Of a stretch of DNA of 64,000 nucleotides, positions 60,764 to 64,000 are shown piece by piece. The stretch is from an uncultured Gemmatimonadales bacterium (GTDB taxonomy: Bacteria > Gemmatimonadota > Gemmatimonadetes > Gemmatimonadales > Gemmatimonadaceae), in contig OY969695.1 of assembly GCA_963701965.1 (NCBI GenBank), positions 4,352,001 through 4,416,000 of the forward strand, in the 5' to 3' direction. Both the position numbers and the translations under genes were made by a program. The notes below the pieces were generated by a model that saw only the letters and a program-made list of their open reading frames with translations, was not told where the DNA came from and searched no databases. The number at the start of each line of letters is the position of its first letter. Position 1 is the first letter of the stretch.

Positions 60764-62088
60764 GACAGGATCACCGCCAACGCGATCGCGGCGTTGGGCA
60801 GGGCGTCGGGCACATAGACGCCGACCTCGCTGGTCTGCCGCAACGTTTCCCAACACGGACCGGAACGGGTCACGGCGAAATACTGCATATCGGAGTGGGC
60901 GACCAACGGCGAGGGCGGCACCGGCAGATGCGTGAGCGTCAGGCCGGGAAACTGTCGCTTCACGAGCTCCAGCGTGAACTTGGCCGAGCACATCTTCACG
61001 AGCCGGGGCACCCGGGTGATAGTCTCGGCCGCTCCGACGCTCGACGACACGCCCAGGATCCACGAGGCGTCGCCGAAACAACGGGCGTCGACGATCGGTC
61101 CCGTGTAGAGGGAAGACGCGCCGAGCGCGAGCGGCACGGCGACGAGCTTCGTGGGGACGATCAGTTCCAGGTGCTGCCGGATGTGATCGCGCAGGCGGCC
61201 GAGGCATCCGGCGAGATTGTCGTGATCGTACAGCGGCAGGTCGCGCGGGTGGGAGTCGAGCGCGAACGTGCACAGCGCCCCGGCGAGGCGGGACAGCTCC
61301 ACGTACAACTCCTCGGGATGGGCGCGGCGCGTGGCCAACTGGTGGCGTAAGACGGTGACCGCCGAGTCGATCGCGTGCAGCAGCCAGAAGTTCGCGACTT
61401 CGCGCGTCGCGAATTCCACGGGGGCCACCGCTCCGCGGTTGGCCGCGATCGCGTCGCCGCGGGCGTCGAGCGCGTCGATGATCTGCTGGAGGATCGCGGT
61501 GAGCGCGCGGCTGGCGCCGATCTGAAGGGACGGCGGGATGTAATCCGGATCGTACTGAAATCCGCCGGCGCCATCGCGGCGAATGACCGCCAGCGGCAGT
61601 GTGATCGCATCGGACGGCGCGTCAGTATCGAGCGACAGTTGGAAGTTCCGGCCGGCCAGGGTAACCGGGCGTTCATCGACCCCGGTCAGATCGTCGCGGC
61701 GCACGTCGGTGACGGCGCGATAGCGCGAGGCGTCGGCGCCGAGGTTGGCCGACGCGGGGCGATAGGGCGGCAGCGTCAGGAGCAGGCAATGGCTGTCGCG
61801 GGCCGGAGAGAACGTGTCACGGATGTCGCGGATCGAGGGCACGGGGTCGCCGTCCGGCATCTGGAACGGCGTCCCATCGGGCATCAGGCCACGGGCCAGC
61901 ACCACCGCGGCCGTGCCATTGCGCAGCGCATCGCGGTCCAGCTCACAGCCGGCGAGGCCCCAAGGGGCAAAAAACCCCTGTGACAGCGCGGTCGCGATGC
62001 AGTCTTCCACATACCGGCTCTGAGACTGAAAGTGGTGTTGAGCGAGGTGCATGCCCTCGCGCCACAAGACTTTCGCCAGGTCCCTCAT
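60760..62088 (-). CDS. tssK: Type VI secretion baseplate subunit TssK (copy 1)
   Basis: VLWREGMHLAQHHFQ, DYIPPSL, HPEELY..LAGAL.TF, YDHDNL. Confidence 0.92.
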   Translation of the reverse strand: MRDLAKVLWREGMHLAQHHFQSQSRYVEDCIATALSQGFFAPWGLAGCELDRDALRNGTAAVVLARGLMPDGTPFQMPDGDPVPSIRDIRDTFSPARDSHCLLLTLPPYRPASANLGADASRYRAVTDVRRDDLTGVDERPVTLAGRNFQLSLDTDAPSDAITLPLAVIRRDGAGGFQYDPDYIPPSLQIGASRALTAILQQIIDALDARGDAIAANRGAVAPVEFATREVANFWLLHAIDSAVTVLRHQLATRRAHPEELYVELSRLAGALCTFALDSHPRDLPLYDHDNLAGCLGRLRDHIRQHLELIVPTKLVAVPLALGASSLYTGPIVDARCFGDASWILGVSSSVGAAETITRVPRLVKMCSAKFTLELVKRQFPGLTLTHLPVPPSPLVAHSDMQYFAVTRSGPCWETLRQTSEVGVYVPDALPNAAIALAVILS

Positions 62089-62120
62089 GGGGGTTATCGT
62101 GTCGAAGGAGAACGAAAACC

Positions 62121-63571
62121 ATGACGGGTGCTGAGTTCGCGTCAAAATACACCGTACTGAAGCCCCTCGACCAGCGGGGCATCAGGAGTTTCGTCGCCCA
62201 GGAGCAGGCGACGAGGCGTGCGGTGATGGTACACTGGCTGGATCAACTGGCGGATGCCGACCGTTCGGCGACGCTGGGCCGCCTGGAACGCCTCGGTGCC
62301 GAGGCGCGCGATCGCGTCCTCGCCGTCGAGACGGTCGACGGCGCGCCCGTGATCGTGACGCGCATGATCCTGGACTTCGATTCGCTCGCGAAATGGCTGG
62401 ATCGCGTGGCGCCGGCGCCCCAAGCGCCAGCCGCGCCGGCGTCCGGGGGCTTCACGGAAATGTTTCTTGCCGGGCGGCCCGCACCCGCTGCACCAGCCGC
62501 ACCCAAGGCACCCGCAGCGCCGGCCGCGCCGGCCGCGCCGGCGGCACTCGACTCGATGCCGACCATCGCCTGGCGACCGGGGGGCTCGGCGACGCCCGTC
62601 GCACCCCCTGCTGCCCCCCCACGCGGGCACCGGCGCCACCGGCGCCACCGGCGTCAACGGCGCCATCGCCACCGGCGTTCTCAGCGACGATGCCACCCAC
62701 GCCGGCGGCATCAGTGCCATCAGCACCCACGCCGATCGTGCCACCCGCGACGGCAACACCCGCCGCGCCGCCGCCGAAGGCGGCGCGAGGCCCAGCGATT
62801 TCGGTGAAGTTTCGCGAACCGGGCTCCGGCCCTCGTGTCGGCCAGGGTCCGGCAACGCCGCCCGCTCCACCGGCGGCGCCACTGCCGGCATCGGCCACGC
62901 CCGCGCCGGCTGCGCCCCCCGCGCCTCAAGCGCGGCCAACGCCGCCCAAGGCCGCCCCGGTCGACGCTCCAAAGCCGGCACCGGGCGAATTCACGCGGGT
63001 CTTCGGCGCGATTCACGGCGGCGATGCCGCGGCCCCGCCCGTGATCACTCCGTTGGCGACGCCTCAGGTATCACCGCCCAGCATGGGCGACGCTTCGTCG
63101 CGCCAGCCGTACCAGCTCCCCTCCTACGCGCCGCCACCCGCGGACCGTTCGACGCCAGGCGCCACGGCGGCCCTCGCCCGTCCGGTGATCCCTCCCGCGC
63201 CGCCGCCATCACCGGCGCCCGCGGCACCGCCGACGTCCTCGGCGTGGAGCGGTCCACCACCGGTGGTACCGCTGCCGCCGGCGCCGAGCATGACGCCGCC
63301 GGTTGCGCCGCCGATTCCGGGGATGAACGTGACGCCGGGTACGGTGGCACCCGCCCAACACGTGCCCAGCGATTTCACGCGCATCATCGGCGCCGCCAAC
63401 GCGGCCCCGGCGTCCCCTCGGGCCACCCCTGCGCCGAGTCCCCCTCCGACACCGGCGCCCGCCATTCCCTCGGCCGCGATGCCGCGCAAGATCATCGGGG
63501 TGATCGTCGCGCTGGCCAGCCTGGCGGTCGTCGGCCTCTCGCTCGTCCTACACTTTCTGTTCCGCCGCTAG
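62121..63571 (+). CDS. Pro/Ala-rich protein with C-terminal TM anchor; frameshift at C7 tract 62614-62620
   Basis: AAGGAG RBS; folded N-terminal domain; one extra C joins ORFs 61980-62807 and 62393-63571; ends IIGVIVALASLAVVGLSLVLHFLFRR. Confidence 0.65.
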
Positions 63572-64000
63572 GCCGACGACGCGGGCAACACCAGCACCAG
63601 CTCCAGCTCCGGATCCGGTAGATCCGCGGGCACGTAGACGGCCACATTCCGGGCCCGGACGACCGCATCCCATTCCGGGCCGCCCTTGGTGATCTGGAAG
63701 TATTGGAAGTTGACTTTGATGGAGATCGCGCCCGGCGGCGAGGGCGTGTGCGTCAGTGGGAGCCCTCCCAACGCCTGCCGCACCAGCAGATCAATGCGCT
63801 CCGCCGAGGCCACTTTCACGACCTGCGGCACGCGCCGAATGATGTCCGCTTGCGACGCCGTCGCCTTGACCGCCAGATAGAACTGCGGCGCCCCGACATA
63901 TTGCTCGCGGTCCAGCGCCGCCGCGTATACCGAGGGCTGGACCCGGCGCATGGGCAGGGACACGTAGCGCGCGGGTACGACCGTCTCCAGCAGCTCACGC
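63568..64000 (-). CDS. tssK: TssK copy 2, C-terminal part (runs off window)
   Basis: IIRRVPQVVKVAS..LVRQALGGLPLTH.PSPP..QYFQI..GPEW..VAVYVPADLP aligns with the TssK copy 1 C-terminus. Confidence 0.85.
   Translation of the reverse strand, partial: RELLETVVPARYVSLPMRRVQPSVYAAALDREQYVGAPQFYLAVKATASQADIIRRVPQVVKVASAERIDLLVRQALGGLPLTHTPSPPGAISIKVNFQYFQITKGGPEWDAVVRARNVAVYVPADLPDPELELVLVLPASSA

Overview
High-GC bacterial chromosomal window, probably Gemmatimonadota (inferred from gene content only). Left to right: (1) partial thrC; (2) a spt-bcerS-cerR-like ceramide operon (965-4301) facing a convergent 7-gene lipid head-group operon (4258-10791: HAD, NTP transferase, ATP-grasp protein, class-III aminotransferase, CDP-alcohol phosphatidyltransferase, Gfo/Idh/MocA dehydrogenase, LPG-synthase-type flippase). 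This is the best candidate for an undescribed system, possibly an amino-cyclitol phosphosphingolipid pathway; (3) a Ser/Thr kinase and pentose-phosphate genes interrupted by an orphan gp5/VgrG OB-fold minigene; (4) a phosphatase, a subtilase, dinB, TonB, transporters and a divergent HTH pair with an inverted repeat; (5) tyrosine catabolism, potABCD and two aldehyde dehydrogenases; (6) a Sel1 protein with kinase-like remnants; (7) an operon of a CsgG-like lipoprotein, a beta-barrel and two Ig/RCC1 lipoproteins sharing a near-identical 1.1-kb N-terminal block; (8) the edge of a T6SS locus (tssM, tssL, two tssK, and a Pro-rich membrane protein). Five single-base frameshifts look like assembly errors. 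Many first genes have TANNNT 5-7 nt before the start codon, suggesting leaderless mRNAs. No rRNA, tRNA, CRISPR array or transposase was seen. All family calls come from motif recognition; no database searches were run.
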